NCBI GenBank assembly: GCA_020637195.1
Contig: JACJWK010000015.1
Span: 6,532 to 70,531 of the forward strand
Direction of reading: 5' to 3'
Length of the DNA: 64,000 nucleotides
Origin: Microthrixaceae bacterium
Lineage (GTDB): Bacteria; Actinomycetota; Acidimicrobiia; Acidimicrobiales; DATDAH01
Positions 44,609-56,463 of this stretch are shown here, piece after piece. Under the pieces are notes generated by a model. That model saw nothing but the letters and a program-made list of their open reading frames with translations, had not been told where the DNA came from and did no database searches. Within the stretch, counting starts at the first letter, position 1, and every line of letters starts with the position of its first letter. The position numbers were made by a program, and so were the translations under genes.

Positions 44609-46030
44609 CTACGAGCGCAGGCCCCCGCGGGTCATGGCCTCGACGTCGAGCACCCGGTCGAGCTCGTCCTCGCTCATCAGGCCCCGCTCCAGCACCACCT
44701 CGCGGATGGTGCGGTCCTCGGCCATCGACGCCTTGATCACGTCGGCCACCACCTCGTAGCCGAGAACCGGGTTCAGCGCCGTGCCGATGGCGGGGGACGA
44801 CTCGGCGTAGCGCCGGCACGCCTCGACGTCGGCCTCGATCCCGAGGACGCAGCGGTCCGCCAGCACCCGGGAGGCGGCGGCGAGGAGACGGATCGACTCG
44901 AGCAGGTTCCGGCCCATCACGGGCAGGTAGACGTTGAGCTCGAAGTTGCCCTGCGAGCCCGCGAAGGCCACCGCCGCGTCGTTGCCGATGACCTGCGCCG
45001 CCACCTGGGTGACGGCCTCGGGGATCACCGGGTTGACCTTGGCGGGCATGATCGACGAGCCCGGCTGGAGGTCGGGCAGGCGGATCTCGGCCAGGCCGGT
45101 GCGGGGCCCGCTGGCCATCCAGCGCAGGTCGTTGGCGATCTTGACGAGGGCCACGGCCAGGCGGCGGCAGTGTCCCGACGCCTCGACCAGCGCGTCGCGG
45201 GCGCCCTGCGCCGCGAAGTGGTCGCGCGCCTCGCTGAGGGGGAGGTCGGTCCGGTGGGCCAGGCCCTGCACGACCGACGAGGCGAACCCCCGCGGGGCGT
45301 TGATGCCCGTGCCCACCGCGGTCCCGCCGAGGGGCAGCTCGGCGACGGAGGCGACGCACGACCGGATGCGCTCCGAGGCGTCGTGGACCTGCGCGGCGTA
45401 GCCCCCGAACTCCTGGCCCAGCGTGACGGGCGTGGCGTCCATGAGGTGGGTGCGACCCGACTTGACGACGTCGGCGAACTCGAGCGCCTTGGCGTGCAGG
45501 GCCGCGTGCAGGTCGTCGAGCGCGGGCAGCAGGTCGGTGTGGAGCCCCGTCGCCGCCGCGAGGTGGATGGCCGACGGGAACACGTCGTTCGAGGACTGGG
45601 AGGCGTTGACGTGGTCGTTCGGGTGCACCGCACCCGGCTCGCCGAGGGCCTCGGACGCCAGGTTGGCCAGCACCTCGTTCATGTTCATGTTCGAGGACGT
45701 GCCGGACCCGGTCTGGAAGACGTCGACGGGGAACTGGTCGTCCCAGTCCCCGGCCGCGACCGCCTCGGCGGCCTCGGCGATGGCCCCGCCGATGCGGGCG
45801 TCGACCGCGGGCACGTCGTCCCGATCGGCGTTGACCCGGGCGGCCTCGGCCTTGAGCAGGGCCAGGGCGTGGATGAGCGCGGGCTCGAGCGTGGTGCCCG
45901 AGATGGGGAAGTTGGCGACCGCGCGCTGGGTCTGGGCGGCCCAGCGGGCGTCGGCGGGCACCCGGATCTCGCCCATCGAGTCGTGTTCGATCCGGAAGTC
46001 GGAGGCCGCGTCGGAGGTCATCTCGTCCAC
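44609..46030 (-). CDS. fumC: Class II fumarate hydratase
   Basis: [16 protein letters not shown] signature; full-length 473 aa. Confidence 0.95.
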   Translation of the reverse strand: MDEMTSDAASDFRIEHDSMGEIRVPADARWAAQTQRAVANFPISGTTLEPALIHALALLKAEAARVNADRDDVPAVDARIGGAIAEAAEAVAAGDWDDQFPVDVFQTGSGTSSNMNMNEVLANLASEALGEPGAVHPNDHVNASQSSNDVFPSAIHLAAATGLHTDLLPALDDLHAALHAKALEFADVVKSGRTHLMDATPVTLGQEFGGYAAQVHDASERIRSCVASVAELPLGGTAVGTGINAPRGFASSVVQGLAHRTDLPLSEARDHFAAQGARDALVEASGHCRRLAVALVKIANDLRWMASGPRTGLAEIRLPDLQPGSSIMPAKVNPVIPEAVTQVAAQVIGNDAAVAFAGSQGNFELNVYLPVMGRNLLESIRLLAAASRVLADRCVLGIEADVEACRRYAESSPAIGTALNPVLGYEVVADVIKASMAEDRTIREVVLERGLMSEDELDRVLDVEAMTRGGLRS

Positions 46031-46076
46031 CTACCCGACGCTACCGGCGCCCGCCCCCTCGGTCGCCGCCCACCGC

Positions 46077-46095
46077 CGGGTCCGGGGCCCGGACC
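46077..46095. terminator. GC hairpin (8-bp stem GGGTCCGG/CCGGACCC, 3-nt loop) downstream of the esterase gene
   Basis: Seen directly in the sequence. No obvious U-tract. The adjacent (GCCGAG)x4 microsatellite lies at 46112-46135. Confidence 0.3.
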
Positions 46096-46147
46096 CGGGC
46101 CGGGCGCCGCAGCCGAGGCCGAGGCCGAGGCCGAGCGGGGCCGGGGC

Positions 46148-47019
46148 TCAGTCCGTGCCCACGAGCGGGTGGGCCACGAAGAAGTCCCAGAACCCGTCGT
46201 TCCCGTCGGCCTGGCCCGCCACGGTCAGCGACCGCAGCGCCGACCCCTCGTCGCAGCCCTGGTAGTCGCCCTGGATGTCGCCGGGCGTCCCCGCGTCGTA
46301 GGGCACGAGGTCGGGCTCGGGATCGCAGCCGTAGCGCTGCGCCCACGGACCCAGGTCGGCGTCGAAGCCGGGGAGCACCACCACGGGGACCGGGCGCGCC
46401 TGCTCGCACGGGTCGGGGTCGGGGACCACGCCGACGAACCCGGCGGCCGCGATCCGGTCGGCGGCGTCGCAGGCGAGCCGGGCCGCCATCACCGACCCGT
46501 CGCCGCTGCCCACCGCGAACACGCGGTCGGGGTCGAGGCAGAACGTCCGGCCCGCCTGGTCCAGCACGGCCTCCACGAACGCGACGTCGGTCGACGCCTC
46601 GCCGGCGTCCCACGTGGGCGGGTCGCCGAGTCCCTGCGGGGTCACCAGCACGAAGCCGTGGGCGTCGGCCGACGTGCGCAGACCGCTGGCCTCGTCCTGT
46701 TGGGCCGCCGTGGCGCCGGTGTTGTGCAGGCTGACCACCACCGGCATGGCGACCCCCTCGTAGGAGGAGGGGACGTACCGGAGGTAGGTGCGGGTCACCC
46801 CGTCCACCTCGACGGCCTCCACCGTCGCTCCCGGCGCCACGTCGGCGCCCGCCACGCACGTGGGATCGAGGGCGGCCTCGAGGTCCTCGACCGTCGTGGT
46901 CGGCGGCGTGGTGGTGGTGACCGAGCGGGGGAGGTCGGCGGACCCGCAGGCGGCGGCGCCGAGTGCCAGCAGCGCCGTCGCCGTCGCTGCCGCGATCCAC
47001 CCCCACCGGCGGCGCCGGC

Positions 47020-47023
<4 letters not shown>
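46148..47023 (-). CDS. Secreted lipoprotein esterase (PHB-depolymerase/LpqC-like alpha/beta hydrolase)
   Basis: Signal plus lipobox LLALGAAAC. VVVSLHNTG..FAVGSGDGSVMA nucleophile region. GTGA overlap with the ABC-F stop. Confidence 0.6.
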
Positions 47024-48627
<1,604 letters not shown>

Positions 48628-48732
48628 CCCGCCATTGTGCGGTCTGCCGGGGCCGGTGCGGTGGGAAATAGACCACCGGTGCCCTCGTGTTGCCCACGAG
48701 GCCCCTCCCACCGACGACCCCAGGAGCCTCCC

Positions 48733-49119
48733 GTGCCCGTCGACCCCGACGTCAAGACCCTCGCCACCGGCCGCAACTTCGGCGCCCTCGCCTACCACCG
48801 CTCGGACGGCAGCATCGCCAACCACGTGATGTGGGTCGACGCCGACGACGACCACCTGCTCGTCAACACCGAGGTGCACCGCGGCAAGTTCACGGCCATG
48901 ACCAAGAACCCCGAGGTGACGATCACCATCTGGGACTCGGAGAACCCGTACCACTACGCCGAGGTGACCGGCCGGGTCGTCGACACGGACGACGGCGACG
49001 CCGCCCGCGCCCACATCGACGCCCTGTCCCAGCGCTACGAGGGCACGGACTACGCCAACCCCATCCAGAGCCGCCGCGTCATCGTCAAGATCGAACCGAC
49101 CCGCCAGCGCGTCCAGTAG
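48733..49119 (+). CDS. PPOX-class F420-dependent-like small oxidoreductase
   Basis: LATGRNFGALAYHRSDGSIANHVMWVD..KNPEVTITIWD. AGGAG lies 7 nt upstream of GTG 48733. Confidence 0.7.
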   Translation: MPVDPDVKTLATGRNFGALAYHRSDGSIANHVMWVDADDDHLLVNTEVHRGKFTAMTKNPEVTITIWDSENPYHYAEVTGRVVDTDDGDAARAHIDALSQRYEGTDYANPIQSRRVIVKIEPTRQRVQ

Positions 49120-49519
49120 CGGCGACGAGGGCTTCCTTCGACCGCTGGACCAGTTGGGCAGCGTCAGCGCCACTCTGGAAGCGCGGGGCGGTCACTGACC
49201 TGGCGAACGTCAATGGGTCATCCGCCGTGAAATCGGGCGCAGCTCGGATGGATGCGGGCTGGCGTCACCGATCCCGATGCCGTGGAACCGTTGATCGTCA
49301 GCCCCGAGGTCCGTCGGGAGGAATGACAGTGAATGCGGCTTGCCCTGGTTCGGCATCCGCCGGGACGGTCACGTCGAGCCTGAGACTGGTATCGTCATCA
49401 GCGCCGACTGACGGAGGCCGCCACCGTGCATCGGCAGCGACCCGGTGGATCGGACCGTGCCCCGGTCCATGAGCGCGGCGTTGTGACCCAGCCCTCGCCG
49501 GTGGTCTGCTCAGGTGGCT

Positions 49520-49873
49520 CGCAGGCCTGGAGCACCAGCAGCGCTTCGTCATGGTGCTCACGTCGAACGCCTCGATCACCTCGACGTGATCAGGGCTGAG
49601 GATCAACCTGGCCACGGCACGCCGTCGCCGCGTTGCCGACGCGCAGCCACAACACCTTCGGCGGCGGACCGCCGAGCGAACGCCAGCTGACGGAAGTCTG
49701 AGGAGTCCTTCGGGCGCGATCAGGTGGCCGTGCTCGCGAGGCGTACACCCAGGATCTCCTCGTCGGCACGCGCCGTCGAGTCCGAGGTCGCTGACGTGCT
49801 CGCTCTCGGGGAAGACGTCGCGCAGGTGCCGGACCAGGTGCCGCGACAGGTTCTGGTCGAGGAGAAGCTTCAC
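49520..49873 (-). pseudogene. DUF5615-like (PIN-like putative toxin) gene remnant with several frameshifts
   Basis: VKLLLDQNLSRHLVRHLRDVFPESEHVSDLGLDGA in one frame, then ADEEILGV, AREHGHLI, PPKVLWLRVGN and EHHDEALLVLQA spread over all three frames. Confidence 0.6.
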
Positions 49874-50097
49874 GCGGTGGCGAGACGACGTTCCCGGAGG
49901 GCCGCGAACTCGGTGGCCTCCGATTTCCGAGGGCTGGCTCTGGGCCCGTGAGCTCGTGAGTCGTGGACGATCTCGTCGGTGGTCATCCCGGAAGCGAGGT
50001 ACTCGAGGACGTCGTACACCGCGATCCGGGTCCCCACGAAGCACGGCTTGCCGCTGCGGATGCCGGGGCGGGTCTCGATCACCGTCGTGAGGTCCAT
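49870..50097 (-). CDS. DUF433-like small protein (putative antitoxin partner); the C-terminal half may be degraded
   Basis: RPGIRSGKPCFVGTRIAVYDVLEYLASGMTTDEIV matches the DUF433 core. The tail does not look like the family. 4-nt overlap with the DUF5615 remnant start. Confidence 0.5.
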   Translation of the reverse strand: MDLTTVIETRPGIRSGKPCFVGTRIAVYDVLEYLASGMTTDEIVHDSRAHGPRASPRKSEATEFAALRERRLATA

Positions 50098-50201
50098 CGA
50101 CCTCAACGGTACCGCCACCCCCCACTCCCGAACGCCCAGCGTTCGCCCCGACCGCGTCCGGATTTCGACGGGATGCGGACCAGGGCGGCACTGCTCGTCA
50201 G

Positions 50202-51736
50202 CTAGTTGACCTGGCGGTCGCGGCCCTCCCAGTAGGGGGCGCGGAGCTTGAACTTCTGGAGCTTGCCGGTCGCCGTGCGGGCGAGCTCGTCGCGGAACTC
50301 GACGCTCGTCGGGCACTTGATAGTGGGCAGGCGCTCGCGGCAGTGGTCGATGAGGTCCTGCTCGGTCACGTCGCCTGTCACGACCACGAGGGCCTTGACC
50401 GTCTCGCCCCACTTCTCGTCGGGGACGCCGATGACGCCACCTCGCCGACCGCCGGGTGGGAGAACAGCGCGTCCTCGACCTCGATGGACGAGACGTTCTC
50501 GCCGCCGGAGATGATCACGTCCTTCTTGCGGTCCGGAGATGGTGAGGTAGCTGTCGTCGATGGTGCCGCCGTCGCGCCGGTGTGGAACCAGCCGTCGACG
50601 ATGGCGTCGGCGGTCGCCTCAGGCTGCTCCCAGTAGCCCTCGAGCACCATGTTCCCGCGGGCCAGCACCTCACCCTGGCCGTCGACCCGGACCTTCACGC
50701 CGACGACGGGGGCGCCGGCCCGGCTGAGCAGCTGCGCCCGCTCGTCGCTGGGCAGGTCGTCCCACTCCTCGCGCCCCCGGTTCATGGTCAGCACCGGGGC
50801 CGTCTCGGTGAGCCCGTAGATCTGGATGAACTCCCAGCCCAGCTCGGTCTCCACCCGCTCGATCGTGCGGGTCGGCGGCGGGGCCCCGGCCACGACGATG
50901 CGCGTGGTGCCGGCGCCGGGGATGGGACCGTCCCAGTCGGCGGCCGCGTCCAACACCGCGGCCACGACCGCCGGCGCGGCGCACAGCAGGGTGACGCCCT
51001 GGGCCTCGATGCGCCGCAGGATCTCGGCGCCGTCGATCTTGCGCAGCACGACCTGGCGCACGCCCATGCCCGACACCGCGTAGGGCATGCCCCAGCCGTT
51101 GCAGTGGAACATCGGGAGGGTGTGGAGGTACACGTCGCGGTCGTTCACGCCGGCGTGCCAGCCGAAGCCCATGGCGTTGATCCACAGGTTGCGGTGGGTC
51201 ATCTGCACGCCCTTGGGGCGCGCCGTGGTGCCGCTCGTGTAGTTGATGGTGGCGGTGGCGTCCTCGTCGGGCTCCCACGGCTCGGGGTCGGCGTCGAGGT
51301 CCATGCCGAAGAGCTCGGCGTCGGTGTCGGCGCCGATCACCATGCGGCGGGGCGCGGCGACCGACGACAGCGCCTCGTCGAGCTCGGGGTCGACCAGCAG
51401 CAACGACGCCCCGCTGTGCTCGACGATGTAGGCGATCTCCGCCGGGCTGAGGCGGAAGTTGATGGGCACGAACACCCGGCCCCAGCCGCTCACCCCGAAG
51501 AACGAGATCAGCATGCGGGCGGCGTTCTGGGAGACCATCGCCACCCGCTCGCCCCGGCCGATGCCCAGGGCGTCGAGCGCGGCGGCCTGCCCCCGGGCCA
51601 GCTCGGCGATGCGGGCGTAGGTCAGCTCGCCGAGCGACGCCGCCGGCTGGTCGGGCTCGTCGACCACCCCGATGCGCTCGCCGTAGACGTTGGCGGCCCG
51701 GTCGAGGTAGTCGCGGACGGTGAGGTCGACCTTCAT
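50202..51736 (-). pseudogene. AMP-dependent acyl-CoA synthetase/ligase disrupted by indels
   Basis: YTSGTTARPKGV and YGLTETAP are present. After WFHTG, 14 codons are out of frame (the +1 frame reads DGGTIDDSYLTIS) and the reading frame is then restored. A 1-nt deletion near 50430 splits off the C-terminus (track ORF 50202-50387, ..ATGKLQKFKLR). Confidence 0.75.
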
Positions 51737-51875
51737 GGCGGGTCCTCCTGGGTTGCCGGATGAAGCGAGACCGAGCGATGACGCGCCGGTCCGCAGAACT
51801 CGTTCCGGGTACTCCCCGCTGTCGCCCACGACACGGGCGAGTACCCAGAAGGGGGCGTGGTGGCGGGTGCGTGGG

Positions 51876-52658
51876 TCATCGGGCGGTGAACCCGCCGTCG
51901 ACGGCGAGGACCTGGCCGGTGACGTACGTGCTGGCGTCGCCGGCGAGGAACAGCAACGCGCCGTCGAGCTCGTGCATCGCTCCGGGCCGGCGCATCGGCG
52001 TGTTGCGCTCGATCCAGCGCCGGCCGCCCTCGTCGTCGAGCATGGCCTCGGTGAGCTCGGACGCGAAGTAGCCGGGGGCGAGGGCGTTGACCCGCACGCC
52101 GGTGGTGGCCCACTGGCAGGCCAGCTCGCGGGTGAGGCCCACGACGGCGCTCTTGGCGGCGACGTAGCCGGCCTGGCTGTTCGGCGCCGCGGCGACGAGG
52201 CCGTGCACCGACGAGATGTTGACGATGCTGCCGGCGCCCGCGGGCACCATCCGAGCCGCGACGAGCCGGGTGAGCACGAACAGGGCGTTGAGGTCGACGT
52301 CGACCACTCGCCGGAACTCGGCCGGGTCCTCGTCCAGCGCCGGCTGCGGCCCGTCGCTGATGCCCGCGTTGTTCACGAGCACGTCGATGCGGCCGCCGGC
52401 CACCTCGTCGGCGGCGGTCACCAGCCGGGCGAGGTCGTCGTCCACCGCGACGTCACAGGCGACGGGGACGAAGCGCTCGAGCTCCCCGGCCAGCGCCTCC
52501 ATCCGGTCGAGGCGGCGGGCGCCCCCGACGACCGTGGCGCCGGCGGCGTGCAGCACCCGCGCGAACCGCTCGCCGAGGCCGCCCGACGCGCCGGTGACGA
52601 TCGCCACCCGTCCGTCGAGCCGCAGCAGGGCGTCGGGCGTCGGCTCCGTCTCGTCCAC
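51876..52658 (-). CDS. Short-chain dehydrogenase/reductase (SDR)
   Basis: TGASGGLG, NNAG, S..YVAAK catalytic pattern. GTG 52658. Confidence 0.85.
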   Translation of the reverse strand: MDETEPTPDALLRLDGRVAIVTGASGGLGERFARVLHAAGATVVGGARRLDRMEALAGELERFVPVACDVAVDDDLARLVTAADEVAGGRIDVLVNNAGISDGPQPALDEDPAEFRRVVDVDLNALFVLTRLVAARMVPAGAGSIVNISSVHGLVAAAPNSQAGYVAAKSAVVGLTRELACQWATTGVRVNALAPGYFASELTEAMLDDEGGRRWIERNTPMRRPGAMHELDGALLFLAGDASTYVTGQVLAVDGGFTAR

Positions 52659-52683
52659 GGGCGGAAGAGTAGTAATGGGGGCG

Positions 52684-53583
52684 ATGAAGGTGCGCGTGGG
52701 GTACGGGCTCGGCGCCCGCAGCTCGACCAACGACCAGCCGCGGTTCGCCACCATGGTCGACGAGCTCGAGCGCCTGGGCTTCGACTCGCTCTGGCTGAGC
52801 GAGCGCATCGCCGCCGACGGGCCCGACCCGGTCGTCGGGATGGCCTTCGCCGCGGCCCGCACCACCCGCCTCAAGGTCGGGATGAGCGTGATGGTGCTTC
52901 CCGGGCGCAACCCGGTGCTGGTCGCCAAGGCCCTGGCCAGCCTCGACCGCTTGTCCGACGGCCGCCTGCTGCCGGCGTTCGGCCTCGGCGTGGTGGATCC
53001 CGGCGAGCAGCAGGCCTTCGGCGTGGACCGCACCGAGCGCGCGGCCATCTTCGACGAGGCCCTGCCCCTGATCCGCCGCCTCTGGACCGAGGACGCGGTC
53101 GACCACGACGGCCCCCACTTCCACCTCGAGGGGGCGGTGGTGCGGCCCCGGCCCGTGCAGCACCCGCTGGACGTGTGGCTCGGCGGCCAGGCCCCCTCCG
53201 AGCTGCGCCGGGTCGGCCGCCTGGGCGACGGCTGGCTGCCCTCGTTCTGTGACGCCGAGGACGTGCGCCGCGGGAAGGCCGTGATCGAGGCCGCCGCCGA
53301 CGAGGCCGGGCGGGCCATCGACCCCGAGCACTTCGGGGCGCTCGTCGCCTACGCCGAGGGGGAGGTGCCCGACGGGCTGGCCCGGTTCATCGCCAGGCGC
53401 CGGCCGGACCTCGACGACCCCCGCCAGATCGTCCCGGCCAGCCTGCCGGCGCTCCGCGCCCGGCTCGAGGACCTGGTCGACGCGGGCGCCTCCAAGTTCG
53501 TGGTGCTGCCCCTCGCCGAGCCGGCCGACTGGGCCGACCACCTCGGCGCCGTGGCGGCGGCGGTGCTCCCCCTCCAGGGGTGA
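52684..53583 (+). CDS. LLM-class (luciferase-like) F420-dependent oxidoreductase
   Basis: MKVRVGYGLG..LGFDSLWLSER..VLPGRNPV. Alternative ATG at 52675. Confidence 0.75.
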   Translation: MKVRVGYGLGARSSTNDQPRFATMVDELERLGFDSLWLSERIAADGPDPVVGMAFAAARTTRLKVGMSVMVLPGRNPVLVAKALASLDRLSDGRLLPAFGLGVVDPGEQQAFGVDRTERAAIFDEALPLIRRLWTEDAVDHDGPHFHLEGAVVRPRPVQHPLDVWLGGQAPSELRRVGRLGDGWLPSFCDAEDVRRGKAVIEAAADEAGRAIDPEHFGALVAYAEGEVPDGLARFIARRRPDLDDPRQIVPASLPALRARLEDLVDAGASKFVVLPLAEPADWADHLGAVAAAVLPLQG

Positions 53584-53590
53584 GCGCCCG

Positions 53591-56329
53591 CTACCCCTCG
53601 ACGAAGTACATGTTCCACGCGAACGAGACGGTCCCGGAGGCGCCGTCCTTGCCGTCGACGGCGATGTGGAGGGGCACGCCGGCGTGTGCGTAGAAGTCGA
53701 ACCGGGTCTGCTGGCCACACGCCGCGACCTGGTCGATGAGGGGGTCGAGGTCGGCGTAGCCGGTCCCCCGGTACACCTGCACCAGGGTCGGGAAGCTGCT
53801 GCCGCACGTCCGCATCTCGACGAACCCGCTCGAGGTGGGCGTCCACCGGTACCAGACCGAGTGGGCCCCGCCCGAGGCGAAGTGCCCGGGCTCACCCGGC
53901 TCGCGGGTGGCCCCCACCGTCGTGCCGGTCACGGAGCCCACCAGCCCCTCGACCACCTGGGCGTCGGCGAAGTCGTCGTTCGCCGGGGGCGGGCGGCGGT
54001 TGGCGAAGGTGCACGTGACCTGCTCGCCGGGCTCGAGCACGACGGTGACGCGCCGCTCCGCCTGGTCGGCGAGCTCACCGGTGTCGCAGGAGAGCGCGAA
54101 CAGCTCCCACCCGGGAACCGCCGCCTGCTGCACGGTGTAGGTGCCGGGGGCCAGCCCGTCCGCCCGGACCCGACCCGGCGTCGGGGTGGCCGGGTCGTCG
54201 TCGAGCGGGACCGGTGCGCCGCAGGCACCCGAGCAGCCGGTGACCTCGAACACGGGTGGGCCGTCGGGCACCGTGTCCTGGACGATGGTGAGGCTCGCCG
54301 AGCGGCTCACCCAGGTGCACGTGACGTGGTCGACGGGCCCGATGGTCAACGTGACCGACCGGGCCGCCTCGTCGACGGTGGTGACGCCTCCGGTGCACGA
54401 CAGCGAGACCAGTGACCAGTTCGGCACGGCCGCCTGGTGGAGCGTGTACGTGCCCGGGGCCAGGCCGGCGGCCGTGACCGTGGCGGGCGTGGCGCTGTCG
54501 ACGTCGTCGTCGAGGGCGAACGGCGCCCCGCAGTCGCCGGAGCACCCCGTGTAGGCGAAGTCCTGCCCGGAGTCGGGCTCGGTGTCGTGCACGAGCGTGA
54601 TCGACGGGGAGCGCACCGTGAACGTGCAGGTGACGTGCTGGTTGGCGGCCAGCGTGATCACCACCTGCCGCTCGGCGAGGCTGACCGCGCCCCCGGCGTC
54701 GCAGACGATGGCGGTGAGGGTCCACCCCGGCACCGCCTCCTGGGAGATCGTGTACGTGCCGGGCGCCAGCTTGCTCATCGACCGGGTGGCGTCCGCCGAG
54801 CCGTCGGCGTCGTCGTCCATCACCCAGTCCCCGCAGTCGCCACCGCGACAGCCCGTGTAGCGGAAGTCCTGGCCCGAGTCGGCCACCGCGTCGTGGACGA
54901 GGGTGATGCCCGTGCCCAGGTCGGCCGTGTAGAGCAGGCGGTTGGGCGAGCCGGTGCCGGCGTCGGTGACCGTGCCCACCGTCGCGTCGGCCAGGAGCCG
55001 GGCGGCCACCTCGGCGGGCGTCGACGCCGGGCTCGACTCGAGCAGGAGCGCCGCTGCGCCCGCGACGTGCGGCGCCGCCATCGACGTGCCGTCGAGGGTC
55101 TCGGTGGCGGTGTCCGACGTGTACCAGGCGGAGCGGACGCCCGAGCCGGGGGCGAACAGGTCGAGGCACGAGCCCGTGTTGGAGTAGTCGCCGCGGGCGT
55201 CCGTGCGGGTGGTCGCCCCGACGGTGATGCCGGCGGCCACGCGACCCGGCGAGAAGCTGCACGCGTTCGCCGTGCTGTTGCCCGCCGACAGGACGTACGT
55301 GACGCCCGAGGCGATGGAGGCCTGGACCGCGGCGTCGACGCTCGACAGCACCCCGGTGAACCCGAGGCTGACGTTCGCCACCGTCGGGCCGTCGTGGGTG
55401 CTCGTGACGTAGTCGATGCCGGCCAGGAGGCCGTCCGCGGTGCCCCGGCCGTCGCAGCCGAGGACGCGCACCGCGATGATGCGCGCCTCCTTGGCCACGC
55501 CGGTGGTGGCCCCGGCGACGGTCCCCGCGGTGTGGGTGCCGTGGCCGTCGCAGTCGATGCCGTTGCGGCCGTCGCCCATGACGTCGAGCCCGACCGAGGC
55601 GCGCCCGCCGAACTCCTGGTGGGTGGGCCGGATGCCCGTGTCGAGGACGTACACGTCGACGCCGGCCCCGGTCGCCTCGTAGCGGTAGTTCCCGTCGAGG
55701 GGGAGGTCGCGCTGGTCGCTGCGGTCGAGGCCCCAGGGGGCGCCCGTCTGGGTGGTGTGCGCCTCGGTGACCAGGTTCGGCTCGACCGTGGCGACGCGCG
55801 GGTCGGCTCGCAGGGCGTCGACCGCGTCCGGCTCCAGCTCGGCGGCGAAGCCCCGCAGCGCGTGGCGGTACACGGCGAGCACGCGCCCCTCGCCGGCGGG
55901 CACGAGGTCGCCGGCGGTCGCCCGCACGGCGGCGGTCGCCGGCTGGTCGCGCAGCCGGACGATGTACTCCCCCGCGACGACGCCCGCGCCGTCGCCGCTC
56001 GACGACGCCGCCGCGGCGGCGTCCGAGCCCTCGGAGAGGTCCGGGAGGTCGCCGTCCGCCGAGGGAGGCGCCGGGGGCCCGGTGGTCGACGTGGTCGAGC
56101 CCGTCGCAGGCTCGGGCTCCTCGGTCGGGCCGCCCGTCGTCGCCGTCGTCGGGGCGTCGGCCGCGGGATCGCCGCCCGGCCCGGGGCCGGTGCCGTCCGG
56201 CTCCTCGGCACCGAGGCCCGGCGCCGCCAGCACGGCCACGAGTGCGGAGACGACCAGCGCCACGGCTCCTCGACGCACCCTCGGCACCTCGCCCGACCCC
56301 TCTCGTCGACGGCCCGTCGTGGGGCGCAC
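53591..56329 (-). CDS. Secreted subtilisin-like serine protease (S8) with I9 propeptide, three tandem approximately 101-aa beta-sandwich repeats and a C-terminal accessory domain
   Basis: Catalytic triad contexts VYVLDTGI, HGTHTAG, GTSMAAPHVAG. Repeats end in VTCTF/VTCTW. The start may be an internal GTG (56278/56287). Confidence 0.85.
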   Translation of the reverse strand: MRPTTGRRREGSGEVPRVRRGAVALVVSALVAVLAAPGLGAEEPDGTGPGPGGDPAADAPTTATTGGPTEEPEPATGSTTSTTGPPAPPSADGDLPDLSEGSDAAAAASSSGDGAGVVAGEYIVRLRDQPATAAVRATAGDLVPAGEGRVLAVYRHALRGFAAELEPDAVDALRADPRVATVEPNLVTEAHTTQTGAPWGLDRSDQRDLPLDGNYRYEATGAGVDVYVLDTGIRPTHQEFGGRASVGLDVMGDGRNGIDCDGHGTHTAGTVAGATTGVAKEARIIAVRVLGCDGRGTADGLLAGIDYVTSTHDGPTVANVSLGFTGVLSSVDAAVQASIASGVTYVLSAGNSTANACSFSPGRVAAGITVGATTRTDARGDYSNTGSCLDLFAPGSGVRSAWYTSDTATETLDGTSMAAPHVAGAAALLLESSPASTPAEVAARLLADATVGTVTDAGTGSPNRLLYTADLGTGITLVHDAVADSGQDFRYTGCRGGDCGDWVMDDDADGSADATRSMSKLAPGTYTISQEAVPGWTLTAIVCDAGGAVSLAERQVVITLAANQHVTCTFTVRSPSITLVHDTEPDSGQDFAYTGCSGDCGAPFALDDDVDSATPATVTAAGLAPGTYTLHQAAVPNWSLVSLSCTGGVTTVDEAARSVTLTIGPVDHVTCTWVSRSASLTIVQDTVPDGPPVFEVTGCSGACGAPVPLDDDPATPTPGRVRADGLAPGTYTVQQAAVPGWELFALSCDTGELADQAERRVTVVLEPGEQVTCTFANRRPPPANDDFADAQVVEGLVGSVTGTTVGATREPGEPGHFASGGAHSVWYRWTPTSSGFVEMRTCGSSFPTLVQVYRGTGYADLDPLIDQVAACGQQTRFDFYAHAGVPLHIAVDGKDGASGTVSFAWNMYFVEG
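54000..54908 (-). repeat. Three tandem coding repeats of about 303 bp inside the S8 protease gene
   Basis: ITLVHD..DFRYTGC..LAPGTYT..VPGW.L....C..VTCTF is repeated three times at the protein level. Confidence 0.8.
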
Positions 56330-56463
56330 CGCCCCGTCCGTCGCCGCCGATGCTAGCGATCCGCGGCGCCGCCGTTCCGATCCGACGGCGTCCGGCCCCG
56401 CCCCGGCCGGTCCCTACACTTCGGGGCGAGGCCGGCGACCGCGCCGGCGGGGAAGGCCGCACC

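Noticed and set aside
46112-46135. The (GCCGAG)x4 hexanucleotide microsatellite in the fumC/esterase intergenic region.
   Set aside because: It is real but short and typical of GC-rich intergenic DNA. There is no evidence of function; I note it only as a possible slippage site.
48687-49472. The 261-aa plus-strand ORF, and the 297-aa minus ORF 49298-50191, as real genes in the low-GC island.
   Set aside because: The plus ORF is an Arg/Pro-rich shadow frame. The minus ORF is a patchwork whose only meaningful pieces are fragments of the frameshifted DUF5615-like gene.
52659-52683. The TAGTAAT-containing 25-nt divergent spacer between the SDR and LLM genes as a pair of leaderless promoters.
   Set aside because: No 6-mer there satisfies TANNNT at a sensible distance from either start, and both start codons are uncertain.
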